In this document: positions 50,693-63,361 of the stretch, one piece after another
Numbering within the stretch: the first letter of the stretch is position 1
Layout: each line of letters begins with the position of its first letter
DNA from: Puccinia triticina
Lineage: Eukaryota
DNA: 64,000 nucleotides
Direction: 5' to 3'
Assembly: GCA_026914245.1 (NCBI GenBank)
Contig: CP110439.1
Coordinates: 6,882,001-6,946,000 of the forward strand
Program-made: the position numbers and the translations under genes
Notes under the pieces: model-generated
What the model saw: only the letters and a program-made list of their open reading frames with translations
The model's database searches: none
Told to the model about the DNA's origin: nothing

Positions 50693-51925
50693 TAAAAGAA
50701 TCCAAGCAACTGAAAGGTTTTATTGCTTGTTAGAATACTATTTACAAAGGTATAGTTCTGAGATGAGTAGAAAAAGTCTGCACGAGTATGCACCTGAAAG
50801 CAGGGCAGAATGTGCCTGGGATCTGTGTCTGAAAGAATGTTTAAAGGGGCAATGCGCTTGGCGCGGTGCTGTCACGTCGACGGTTATACGCGCGGGAAAA
50901 AGGTCCTGTACGCCAAGCAGTTTGCAACGCAAGATACGCATGATGCCGGCTTCAGTTTATTTTTCTGTTTTGTTCTTTCTTTTCTGTCTTGTTTTCTACT
51001 CACGGGTATAAGTTGAGTTATCGCAATAACTTTGTCTTATCCTGTCTGAACGCTTCCGATGCGTCTGTTTCTAGTGGATGAATGAATCAATGTCTGCGTT
51101 AGATTCAGGGTCTTTTCTTTTTGTGCTTGGTCTGGTATGTGCTGTACTGATGGATAGCTGTCGCTTCCAATAGTCTGCCTAGTAGTTCTGGTTGGTTCTT
51201 GGGACCAAGTTGTTCCTCAAGAGTTCTGCATAAGAACACGGCAAAGTTAGTCTTAAGGTTTTAAGTCTACTTTCCGCTTGATCTCGGGACGTACAAGGTT
51301 CTCCGTCTGGGCTGAGTTTGGCTTTGGGCGTTGACCAATAAGGTTCTAGCCTGGGTTGCTTCTGTAATTGACAAGCGATACTTTCACGTCAGCTTCTGTG
51401 GTTAGGGCTGGGGTCTGGGACTGGACTGCAAAAGGCTTTACCTTTCATTGCAGCTGGGCTTGGGCTTGTGCCTTGAGCCAACGGTGGGCCGCTACGCTGC
51501 GCTAGAAATCAGCTAACTGCCAATTACAGCAGCGCGGCTGGCAACAGGATTTTCCAAACTCCCTGAATTTTGCAGTCCTAATTGACTGATCCCTCAGGGA
51601 GGCTTATAGTTCAATCCACGCAAGGCAAGCAGTTGAATGCTGCAAAACAGACCATGTTAGCTGCACTGTACTCCAAATGGAATTTTGGCTCTGCATCTGG
51701 TAACCAGGATGTCCTGACTCCCTGATGCAATGGTCCTGCTGGACCATTTTGATCAGGGAGGCTCCTAGAATATTCTCACCAGTTTAAGTGGTTTAATGCT
51801 GCGGAAAGGGCCGCGTAATCCGCTGTTAGCTCATTTTTTGTCGTAGCGTAGCGGCCCACCGTTGCTTGAGCTACCCGGGCATGCTTCCTGGAAGGTTGCT
51901 GCGGGGCTTGGTCTGTATTCCTACA
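50693..51925. mobile_element. Solo LTR inserted in Gypsy pol, containing a MITE
   Basis: TSD CTATG; removal restores LKSLVGRDIVLVKVNYG; ends resemble the 23870 and 38385 LTRs. Confidence 0.8.
51479..51864. mobile_element. MITE with CAACGGTGGG termini and 7-bp TSD (CTTGAGC)
   Basis: Perfect 20-bp TIR CAACGGTGGGCCGCTACGCT. Confidence 0.88.
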
Positions 51926-52906
51926 CTATGTCCCGACCCACTAACGACTTAAGCCGCGCAATCCTCCGACCAGACAAACTCGACATCCTTTCGCGTCAGC
52001 CACCGTAGGGGGAGGCAGATTTGAGATAACAATGGGATGAAAAGCCAAACGTACACTACCACGCCTAGAAATCCGCGAACCTTGGTGGCGTCCTTTGGGG
52101 TCGGCCACGAGATGATCTTATTTACCTTGTGTTTTGACATCCGTCAGCCCTCCTTGCATACCACATGGCCAACGATCTCCAAAGCCGGGACACACGCTGC
52201 CAGTTTAGATGCTGACACCGTCAAACCCGCTTCCTCAATCCAAAAAAGGACTCGCTCCAGAATCTTGGTGTATTCCCAAACAAACCTTTGCACACCAGCA
52301 TGCCAAGACAGCGCTTTGTTGTCGTAATCCGAAACCGGGCCTTTAATGCCCCCATTGTCAATGAAAACGTCCGCATGGTCCGGGATTTCCTCCTTCAGAA
52401 CCCACATCATCTGCGCCTGGTAGACGGCAACAGAATTAGTGGCACCCTGCGGGAGATGGGTCAACTGAAATCGGCCCAAGGGGGTGTCAAAAGTAGTCAG
52501 GGGTCAAGAAATAGGATCTAAGGCATGTTCGTCGTATCCGCCAAGAATGTTGCCTAGCCCATAGCAGGCGCGGCCCAAAAACGATTCAACAAATTCTTCA
52601 GTAGCTGTAGGAACGCCAGCATCCTTGACTGTCACCCGGTTCAACGGCTGAAGATCATGAACAATCCGGAGCTTCCCATTGCTCTTCAGCACGCAAAAAA
52701 CCAGGGAAGAATACGAGGAGGTCGACTGCTTGTAAAGGCCGTTCCGCACTCGCTCGCGGAGAATTCGATTATATTTGTCTAACTTGGCGGCGGGTATCGG
52801 AATCTTCTTCTTTTGCCACGGTTCATGCTTGACAACCGGGATGATTTAGGGCATCCCGTACAACTCCTTCAAGAGACCCCACATTGACTGCTTTGATACT
52901 GACACC

Positions 52907-53950
52907 TGTAATGTGAGCCCTAGATTTGCTGGAGGAGAGGAGCAGCATTGGAGCAGTGTTGGAGCTGAAAACAAAGCTGCATCATGTCACTTCCCATCAA
53001 GTGACTACTTTTTTGTCCTGGTGCTTGATGTCTGAGAAGGTTCTGACAAAGTCCCATGCCGTCCCATCATCTGAGTTTGAGCTGAACTCAGACTCTGGGG
53101 TTGTGACATCCTGCGGGACAGGTCATCATACACCTGCACACCTCTGCACGCACAACAACAACAACAGAGAAAAAACCAAAGCCACAACCAAGAAAACACA
53201 AACAAACAACACATCAAAGAACGAACCCTCCACTCTGAGCCATACCGACACACACCATAAGAAATGCAAAAGGCCAAGAGACAAACAATGAAAGAAATCC
53301 AACAAAAACAAAGAAACAGTGAGCACAACAACAACAGGTACTGATTTCTTGAGACTGGGAGGATGTGAGCTGAATATCTTGAGGACTGGATACACTCCCC
53401 GCACTTCTGATTTGATCTGAATCACCGCCTGTACCATTTGGCGCACCACATCTCCACCACGCTTGCAGTCTGTCCCTAGATTGCGTGCAAGCCATTGCCA
53501 TAAATTTAAAACGGAGAAGAGGGGAAGAAACCCTCACCAGGGAAAATGTGATGACAGCTGGTGGCAGGTGACATTGAGTAAAAAATGTTCAGACGCCTGA
53601 GCTACTGTGGCAAGACTCCACTATCAAAACAATGGCCCCTTTGTGGTCATTGGGGAGTCCCACTCAATGGGTTTTGGAGTATGATTGGAGACTGAACAAG
53701 AGTCTTCTTCACATCACCTGCCCTCAGGTGACCTCAATTTTTCCCTGGTGCCTACAGAACAAAAGCAGAAAGAGCCAGACACCACCGCAATTCTCACACG
53801 TGTGGCTGAAGTAGGGTCTTGATGACAAACAGTAGTCTGGGTAGTGCATACCAGGAGGGGGAACTTGCTTTTGGTGAGAAATGTCCCCGCAGGAATAACC
53901 CAACCTCTCCTCGAACCAAATGAAAAGACCTCAAGGTGGTAACACTCAAC
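52907..53950 (-). mobile_element. Remnant of a related Gypsy element (3' internal region plus a probable short LTR)
   Basis: Shares CACCACATC...CAGTCTGTCCCTAGA and GCATACC...GGGGGAACTT blocks with 47700-48380. Confidence 0.55.
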
Positions 53951-54097
53951 TCCCCCTCTACGGCTGTGATACACAAAAAGAAAGAAGAAACAAAACATCT
54001 TGATTGCATTACAAAAAAGTGAACATGAAGAAATGGAATGATGTTGGTGCCGAACAGCAGGAGTAGAAAAGATAATAACATTCATAAATATTTGTAT

Positions 54098-56012
54098 TTA
54101 TCGGTCGACCTGCGAAAAAAAACACAAGTGATTCAATCAGCTGCCCGTGCCTCCAGTAAACCAGGGATTGTTGGCGACAAAAGAAAGAGCGAGTACTTCT
54201 CCGAACACCAAATCCATGGTCCCGATGATCGCGACCATACTACAAAAAAAGAGCCAACGCGGTCAGAGACAGTGCGCAAATGGGGCGCAAGAAACGGGGG
54301 GGGGATTACTCTGGCAGGAAGTGGTGTCGGGACATGAAGTCGGCGCCTGCGAGATGGGCGAAGCCAGGGGCGCGGATGCCTAACGCAGGGCGCAAAAGCA
54401 AGGCGTCAGCAGAGCGGGACCGAGAATGGAGAGAGGGGGGCGGGGACGGACGGCAACGGTAGGGACGGTTGGAGCCGTCGCTGACGAGATAGACGCCCAT
54501 CTCGCCCTTGGGAGCCTCGATGGCTGAGTAAGTCTCGCCCGGGGGGACATTGTAGCCTTCCGAGAAGAGCTTGAAGTGGTGGATCAGGGCCTCCATCGAC
54601 TCTTTCATCGTCGCTCGGGGCGGCGGTGTTAGCTTATAATCGTCTACTTTGATCTGGCCTGCTGGCATTTTGTTCAGACATTGACTATCCAAAAAAAAAA
54701 ACCCCCGGATTAGGGTGTTTGTATGTGTTCTTGATTGGGAGGCGGGGGACTTTACTGGATGATCCGTAGAGATTGACGGAATTCTTCGGTTCGACATAAG
54801 TAGCGATCGTAACAATCGCCGTTTTTTCCGACAGGCACGTCGAATTCGACTTGATCGTAGGCGTCGTAGGGCTGGCTCTTACGGATATCCCACGGGACGC
54901 CGGAGCCGCGGAGCATGACGCCGGAGAAGCCGTAGTTGAGCGCGTCGGTCACCGACACCTTCCCGATCCCGATCGTCCGCTCCTTCCAGATCCGGTTCTC
55001 CGTCAACACTTCCTCAAACTCGTCCACCCGGTCCGAAAACGCCGTCGCCCACGTAAAGATGTCGTCGAGCAATCCGTGCGGTAAGTCGAAGGCTACTCCC
55101 CCCGGGCGGACATACGCCGCATGGAGGCGGGCACCCGAGACTCGCTCGTAAAACTCCATCAGCTTCTCTCGCTCCTCAAATCCCCATAAGAATGGCGTCA
55201 AAGCTCCGACATCTACAATCAAATTCAGCAAAAAAAAAAAAAAAAAAAACACCTCAATTGAGTGGTTTACAAGCTTGGATGTGATAGCAAAACCCAGCTT
55301 TACCCATGGCGTGAGTGAGGATGGCCATGAGATGGTTGAGGATTCGGGTGATTTCGCCAAACATCGTTCGGATCCATTTGGCTCGATCAGGCACCTCGAT
55401 GTTCAACAATTTTTCGACGGCTCTAGAGTAGCACAGCTCGTTGGTCATCATGGACACGTAATCCAACCTGTCGAAGTAGGGCAAGGCTTGGGTGTAATTC
55501 TATCAAGATGACAAGATCAGTATACAGAGGATGCGGGTGGGGGCAGCAGAGACTCGCCTTGTATTCGATCAGCTTTTCGGTGCCTCGATGGAGCAGCCCG
55601 ATGTGTGGATCTGCGCGCAGGATTTCTTCGCCATTCATCTCGAGGATCATCCTCAAGACGCCATGAGCGGCGGGATGCTGGGGTCCGAAGTTAACTGGAG
55701 GAAAGCAGTGAGTGATGAGGATGGGAAGATTGGGGAGAGCGAGGGGGGCGGACCGGTGAAGTGTCTCATTGTGCCATGTTTCTTGCCCTGGCCTTCGGCG
55801 AGGATGGCTTCGGCGGATTGGCCGTGCAAGTCCTCGACGACGTTGGGGAGGCTCGCGGGCGGGGTTGAGGCTGAGGCGGCAGGCGGGGTGGATGAGCTGG
55901 AGAGGGGGCGGTGCGGGTGGCTTGGGCCTGGCCGGAGGAGCGGGGCGGTGCTGGGCGGGGCGAGTCTGGCGAGGGCGGAGAGCAGGGGTCGCTTGAAGGC
56001 CGTCGAGAGCAT
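54098..56012 (-). CDS. NDUFS2: NADH:ubiquinone oxidoreductase 49-kDa subunit, mitochondrial, multi-exon
   Basis: [47 protein letters not shown] and C-terminal DLVFGEVDR; Arg/Ser-rich presequence. Confidence 0.96.
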
Positions 56013-56169
56013 GGTGGCGTGGGGTGGGGGGTGGTGGTGGCTTCCCGGCTGGGGGATGTCGGCGTCCCTCCGAGGGGGGCTGCGGCTGACATCGCCCCGG
56101 GGGGGCTTCTTCCGCCAGGGGCCCCCGGGAGACATCCACATCCCCCGGGAGATATCCACCCCCCACGAG
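56013..56169. promoter_or_regulatory. Compact GC-rich bidirectional promoter region
   Basis: 157 bp between divergent ATGs; repeated CCCCGGG(AGAYATCCAC) motifs. Confidence 0.55.
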
Positions 56170-56997
56170 ATGCTCACGCGGGACGAGTTCAACGAGGGAT
56201 GCCAGGAATTCATCAGCCATGCCGGCAGACACGCCCGGGGCTGGAAGTGGGAGACCCATCGCCCAACAGTTGAGTCGATCGGAGAGGAAAAGAAGACTTG
56301 CTGACCCTCTCTCTCTTATTCTGAACAGGCGATACTAGTAAATCAAGATCTGGGGTGTCTGCACAACGAGCCAATCGACCGAACGCTGTTCTTCGATCAA
56401 GCACCGGATGGGCGCCTCCGAGCAGAGAGCGACGTGAACGGGGGCACCGTTGACGAGCACGAGGACGAGGCCGGCCTGCCCCCAGTCGCGGCACCAGACC
56501 ACGCCGACCATGGGCCCCACGAGCGGATCAAATACCAGGCGTCGGTCGTCTATTCGGACACCTATGGCGTGCCCCAGCTCCTCTTTCAGGCGTACAAGCC
56601 AGGTCCGTCTGCGCCTCCCGGGCCCCACGAACATGCGGCTGAGATTGGCTATGTGGTAGATGGGACGCATCTAGACTTGCAGGAGCTCGTCGCCACCGAT
56701 ATCTTCTATCGCCTAGACGCCCCGGCTGTCTACCCGCGCATCCTGATCGGCCAGCCCGCCGAGAGGCCCGCACACCAACAGCCCGACCAACACGAGCCGG
56801 CCGTCCGGCTCCCGATCCTCACCAGGACCATCCATCCGCTCGACAACCTGCCCTACTGGGGCCTCCATCCCTGTAACACCCAGGCCGCGTTGAAGGACAT
56901 CTTGGATAACAACCACCCTCGACCCGCTCAGCACCACCATCCTCGCCTGGTCATCGAGTGCTTCTTCGCTCTCGTCTCTAGTCTTATCAGAGTTTAA
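56170..56997 (+). CDS. ATG10: Atg10-like ubiquitin-like-conjugating (E2) enzyme
   Basis: MLTRDEF...W.W start; [14 protein letters not shown]; active-site LHPCNT. Confidence 0.75.
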
Positions 56998-58122
56998 TCC
57001 TCTTCTGCGCTTCTGTTCCTCCGGCCATACCTTAATGGTCATATGCTCTCAGAAACGCAGAGACTTCATCTTGTTTGTCAATTCTAACCATCATCCGCTA
57101 ACGCCACCTTTTTGTTGCGAAAATGGGTCGTGCTAACACCCCAAATTAGAAATCCGAAATGAAAAAAATACTCACTGAATGCACAAGCCATTGGAGAAAT
57201 TTGACTATAATGTACATGCAGGGACATGTAGAAAGAATCATTGCATATCATGGAATCGGAAATTTGTAGGAATGATCAAAGAGCTGGGAAACCTTGACAA
57301 AACACCAGAAGACTTAGCTATTTTTGTCTACCCAAACCAAATCTTCTAAAAACTAGCTTGACTATCAGGCAGTAATGAGCCAACCATAAAATACAACTCC
57401 ACAGAATCAATAAACCTGATGGAAGAAGATACCAATTTTTGGATACATAGCCTGCTGTTGACACTTATATCCTCCAAGTGTGTTGAAGAAGATGGTTTCC
57501 CTCCAGCAGGCCACAGAAAATCATGGGCAGGGAGCTTCAACATAAGTTCATCAGACACTCCGGAATCAGGAAGTGGCTGGGAGGCTGGGTATTTTGGCCC
57601 ACCAGCACGGGAGATCTGTGTTATGTATATCTGGATGAGATTGCAGAGGCTCAAATATCTGGAGCAGTTGCCCCAATGCCGGGAGCTCAACTGTTACTCC
57701 TGCTTGGCTGGTAGTGGTTGGCATTCAGAGGCCTCTAGATGCCACCCCAGATCTGACATTAGCACAGTTCCCACCCAGTCCCACACACATGACAGCCACT
57801 TTAACATGGTTCTTTTTGCAAAAAAACAAGCTCCAGGGTGTGTGAATTTAACCCCAGCAGCTTGCTTGAGCTCAGCCGACGCATGTTTTGGAGGTGCCAT
57901 CTCAACGAACTTTGGCCCTGTGGCAGAAGAAATGAATGTGTGGCGGGTGGTTGTTGGCAAGGTTTCGGGATTTTTATGTACATAGCTGTGGACAGGATTG
58001 ATGGGCTGTCAGGACGAGGAGGACGGCTCGTATACAACTGAACTGTGGATGAAACTGCTGCTTGGCGCGGCGCTGGGCGAGAAAGTCCACAGCACCAACA
58101 GCCACCCTCCCCCACCGCAAGC

Positions 58123-59815
58123 ATGCCTGCGCTCTCCCGGCTGACGCGGAGCTACGAACGGGCCTTCAAGCACCACCCCTCGCTCACCCTCGCCATCACC
58201 AACGGCTGTCTCAAAGTAAGCTCGACAATCCTCCACACACCCATCGGCCCAAGCTGACATCTGTTGCTGCAGTGTCTCGGCGACTTCCTGGCCCAGTATC
58301 TGCCGGCCTTCGTGAGTCCGCTCGGCCCGATCTGTGCCCCGCACAGAGCCCGCTTAACCCTCGTCCTTCGCTCGCAGTCCTCCGGACTGCCGTTCGTCCT
58401 CGACGGCCACCGCTCCTTGCGCTTCTTCCTCTTCGGCTTCATGCACGGTACGCACGCCTCCCCCATTCGTGCACTCTCTCCGCCTAACAAGATGCTCCCC
58501 CCCCCCCGGATGTTTTGCAGGGCCGTGTGTCGGGAAATGGCATGAGGTAAGTCATCTCTCAGCGAATATTCGAAGGGGCTGGAGAGGAGAAGGAGAGATT
58601 GACGAGCCGTGCGACATTAAGTTTCTAGAGCGCCGGATCCCGCTGACGGCGCCGAGGGGCGGGGGCGGGCCGACGGACGCCGAGCAGGATCTGCAGCTGG
58701 CAGAGACGGAGAAGTCGCTGACGAGCCTCCGGCCGGTGTCCATGCGGAGCCGGTCGACGGCGGCCGACCATGTGCCCACGCTGCGCGCGCTGTCCACCTC
58801 GGAGGCCCAGCTCCTGCCGCCGCCCGGCGACCATGCCGCCTCCAAACACAAGTCCGCCGCCGGGTTCCGCCTCCTCGGCCTCCTCAAGCGCATCCTGCTC
58901 GACCAGCTGCTCATGTCCGTCCCCCGCTCTCCCCTCATCGCCGCTCGCCCCTGTTGACCCCCTCCTGTCTTCTTCTCGCTCTCTCTTCCGCACACAGGGC
59001 CCCTATCTATACCTTCCGTAAGCCGCTCCCAACAAGAGCCCGTCGAGAATAACTGCACCATGTCAGGCTGACGCCTGTCCGCCCCGTCTGCAGTCTTCAT
59101 CTCCCTCACCGGATGGTTCGAAGGCTTGACGATCCCGGAAATCCAGGAACGATTGCACCAGCTGTATTGGTACCTGTTGACCGCAAACTGGAAGGTCATC
59201 CCCTCCATCCCTCCCTTGCATCCAAAGCTTAGAAACTCATGTGTCGCTGGTGGTCTTGTTTTGAAACCCTCGGGAATAGATTTGGCCGCTTATCCAGATC
59301 TTCAACTTCAGCTTCATGCCTCTCCAGTCAGTTTCCTGTTTCTCGGCAATTTCAACACAGGCTGGATGAACTGACGTCGGATTGTTCCGGATCTGATTGT
59401 GGGTATCCAGATACCGAGTGTAAGCAGGCTCCTCCTCCCAGTCCGGCGAAGCAACCGGCCCAAAAAACGAGAAGCGAGAGATTTTTGGAGTGATGAAGTT
59501 CGAGGTGCACGCTGCCGACGATGCTGACGAGCGTATTTTTGTTGATGTAGGCCATGGCAAGGCTCCTGCGGGGTGCTGTGGACGGTCTTCTTGAGTCTGA
59601 GCACCCACTCCTCGACCCACCACAGTCCCAGCACAGCCGACCCATCCGGCCCAACACTCGTCGCCTCCACCCTCGCCCGATTCTTCAACGCCGCCCCCGC
59701 AAACGCCTCCGCAAACGGCCTCGCCCCCGCCCCTCCCGCCCCCGATCTGGCGAACTCCTCAGCATCCGACCCTGCCGCCGCTATCAAACGCAAAAACAAC
59801 CGCGTCATCGGTTGA
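58123..59815 (+). CDS. Mpv17/PMP22 family membrane protein, multi-exon
   Basis: GDFLAQ, RSLRFFLFG, KRILLDQLL, ANWK/IWPLIQIFNFSFMP, WTVFLS. Confidence 0.9.
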
Positions 59816-60785
59816 TTTTCCTTCCTCGTCTTCTTTCGATCCCCCCCCCCCTTTCCCTCGTTCTTCATCTCTTTCTCAGCCTGCTTCTTACCTTCACCTT
59901 CTTGGATCATCTTCTCCCACCACATTCATCTTTCATATGTGAATAAGGAATTCATTTCTCTCGATAGACTGCAGACACATAAAATTCTCTCGTAATCTTT
60001 ATCTTTGTCTTCGTTCAATGCATGTGAATAGGCTCATCAATCATCATTTCTATTCTTCTACTTTTCCCCCTTTTTTCCCTTTTTTTGTCAGAAATCTGCG
60101 AGAAACTGTGATGCGAGAAACTGAAGACATATTTCCCTGTTTGTTTTTTACTTTCCCTGATCTATCAATGCAGAGCACATCTCCCTTCTCCCAACAATCT
60201 CGTTCTTTTATGTTTGCTTCTACTTGAATCTTCTTGAGCAATAATTAGGTCACAAAAAAAAACCCAGTTTAGCATTTTACACAGAAAGTGAAAGCTGTGG
60301 CCAGCTTGCACAGTTACAGCACCTAGTTTCACTTCGAGGCTCAAAACTGCGCTCTGCTGATCGCCATCTTTGGCCCTATGTCTGAATGTTCTGCAAAACT
60401 GAATTTTGCATGATACAATCTGAGAATGCGCAGCAATGCACTCCATTCTTCTGGAGCAGAATCCAATCCAAATATACATAGTGTGAGCTCTCTATGATGA
60501 ATTGCATGAAGTTTTCACTCCATCATTTTTGGAGCAACAATGCTGCATATTGAGAGTGTTCAAACTTTCTTTAAGCATGAAACACATTTTCATGAATCTT
60601 TTTCAGTGGGATTAGATTACTCGCAACATCTGTAAAGAGAAAATATGATTATGCATGCATAAACCAACTTGTAACACCCTACACAAATGCATGTGGTAAA
60701 TTGTTGGAGTCCATAAAGGCTTCCCTTGTAGAAATAGATTAACTGGCAGGAAACTAACGAGTATATAGAGTACGTCTTGATGACA

Positions 60786-61698
60786 CTATCTGGTGGGTAA
60801 ATAACGGCTTACTGTCATCACGACAACAATAAAAAACGCAAAAGCAGATACAATTGCAACCTGTGGTCCAGTTAGAGACCTGATCATGCGGATTATCTTG
60901 CGGAAAGGTTCATCGAAATGCAACTTTGGCACGGAGAGCTTAGCTGCCAGCTCCTTTGTCCATTGGACCGGCAGTCGACATACTGGACATGTTGCCTTTT
61001 CTCGCTGTTGGTCCAGCCAAGGTTGAATGCACTTTTCGTGGAATTTGTGGTCGCATTCTTTCCCGAAATAAGACGCGGAAGGCTTTTCCGACTGGATGTA
61101 TTCGCAGCAAATCGGACATTCTGTCATGGGTTTGCTTGGGTCTCCCGATGATTCCACATCAGTCGGCACAGCTTGACCTTCTGGGTTGAACGTGAGGTGG
61201 GGAGGAGAGATTCCCACGTTACTGATCGCTTTTGAGGCTTCCCTAGTGCCCTGGCTTGGTCCTACTCCGCCATCCTGGATCACGATTTCTTGAAGTTTTG
61301 GCAAAGGCGTTTCTCCCTAAGCCCGCAAATTTGTGAATCAGGATGATGATCAACGACTTTTAGAATCTGTAAATAACACACAACACACTTGATCATCCAA
61401 AGAGCCAGCTAATGTGTGTGCTCTTGACTCATCTGAGCCACAATTGCTCTCACAAACTGATTTGGTGTTGATTGAATGTAGTGACGCCGAGAAGCCGGTA
61501 GTTCCTTCCCGAGACTCGACCAATGATGGGCGATCTGGCAATTCCATTGCACCACGTGTGCCGATAAGCTGTTCCAAAACACAAATAGGTTTTCAGCTTA
61601 AAGACACCCGGACAGTAAACTTGGTACCAACAAAAACCTACTAGGATGAGGAATAAGAACAACATGATCAGGGGTTTAAGCACTAGATGGAAACTCAT
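60786..61698 (-). CDS. RING-H2 protein with an N-terminal signal/hydrophobic segment and a C-terminal TM helix
   Basis: CPIC...CDHKFHEKC...W...CPVC. The predicted 3-exon model starts MSFHLVLKPLIMLFLFLIL|LIGTRGAM; hydrophobic tail VAIVSAFAFFIVVVMTV. Confidence 0.75.
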
Positions 61699-63146
61699 TG
61701 CCGAGGACGCAAAAATCGAGCAATATTGTTTCTTTGATGTTGGTTCACAGAGCTTCTGTCTGACTCTTGAGATCACACAACGGACGAAAGTTCACCAACA
61801 ATGGTGGGGCACATTTTTGCGTTTCACGTTGCAGATCGACTACAATGTTTACCCGCTGCTCCATGTCACGCTTTGAAGATCGCTATGAAGTCACAAAGCA
61901 TGTCAAAGTAGGTTCATCTACTGCGGCCAATGCAAAAAGCAATATTTCCCCACCGAGCATGTTCCGGCGGGAAGTCCCGTGCTCCTGGAACGGTGAAAAG
62001 GATAGAGAGACGTATTTAGCTCAGCTGTCTTGTCTCGATCCAAACACCCAACATGCCAATCAGAAGTGATTAAGCTTTATTTCCGGGCTTGTAAAGTATG
62101 TACATGTCGGAAATGGATCTATTAAAATGAATAAAACAAACCTGGAGAATCTCAAAAATGGTTGTTTAGAATTCAAACTGTACTGTTACAATAATAATCA
62201 ATTGGTTCTTGATAAGAGATGTGTTTTGAATTTTCTCTTGACAGGTTTACTGACAGATCATGGATCAACTCTGTCTACAACAAAGTCTGGGTCAAATTCT
62301 GGGAGTCGATGATGTGCAAATCCGAAGAGACTGTTATGATATGTAGTGTCATCTGAAGGGGATTCATGAAGATTTCCTTCCACACTAACTTAACACCAGT
62401 CCCCCTGGTGAGAGGCTTGCTGTGGCTGGCCGCAAAGCGGCCCCTCTCGCACTGCGCAGGGAGGAACTTGCCTATTATCCCCCAATTTCACAGGGGACCA
62501 GAAAGTACCAAATGGCTGTAAGGTTTTTTCACTTTTTAATAGCACCGCCCCCAGCACCCCCACAGTTCTGATTGACAGCTTTCTGGCCCTTTGGAATCTC
62601 CTCTACGTCGATTCTGTCTCCTCAGAATTTTCTTATCTACATTGATGTATTTTTAATACATTTTTGAAACATGACCTCTCAAGCAATGGATCTGCACAAA
62701 GATTCACAAGGCTGAAATTCTTGTAGATCCTGTGGATCCACAAAACTGCATGCTTTCTAGGCTGTATGTAGATTCTTGACAGATTTTATGCACATGGGCT
62801 AAGATCACCATCCCGCTTCTCTCTGGCCAAATGTGGATCCACAGATGGATCTTCCAAACTTAAGACATGGTTTGGAATTCTTTTTGCTGCCTCTACCTAG
62901 ATTCCTGTAAATTTTTGCCACTAGAGATTGCAGTCTTTTGATTGGGAGGCTGGAACATGCGTCAAAAGTTGCGCGTTCATCAAGGCTACAATACTGTCTA
63001 TTCAGTTTTTTTGTTGTTGTTTTTATTGCACTTTATAGGGTTGTTTTTGTATTTTTTGCATTGAATATCACTTCTGCTCCCGCCAAAATTGAGGGATAGC
63101 AAGTAAGCCTCCCCTACGCAGAGCACTCCGCCCGGGTCCCCCAGAC

Positions 63147-63361
63147 TGTTGAGTTGTCTGTTAGTCTGCTACCATGATGTATCACCGCAGTATGGAGGGC
63201 TGTTGGATTGACCCATGAGCACTACAAACCAACCACCCAGCAGGAAGCCAAAAGCGTCTGTAGCCCAGTTGCTAAAGGCAGCACTCTAGTATGTGTCTCA
63301 GCATAGCTGAGGTTGTGAGTTTGACTCTCACTAGACACATCTTCATTTTACAGTCTCTACA
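63147..63361 (+). mobile_element. Second copy of the 215-bp tRNA-containing solo LTR
   Basis: Colinear with 46973-47187; TSD degenerate (CAGAC/TAGAA); B box mutated (TTTGA). Confidence 0.8.

Larger units (their letters stand above)
48364..52880 (-). pseudogene. Ty3/Gypsy pol (RT-RNase H-integrase), decayed and interrupted
   Basis: LRIVHDLQPLN, LPQGATNS, FIDN(D), DRPVLYES, HEDLGH, DGGSEF, GMVERGH, WNGPY. Confidence 0.92.

Noticed and set aside
55423..56304. Long overlapping ORFs (278 aa and 257 aa)
   Set aside because: GC-rich shadow frames of the NDUFS2 and ATG10 5' regions.
57419..57985. 188-aa ORF
   Set aside because: No recognisable motif; composition resembles decayed repeat DNA.
62395..62470. 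GC-rich hairpin cluster resembling 17675-17760
   Set aside because: Could be an element terminus, but there is no partner end or clear sequence identity.
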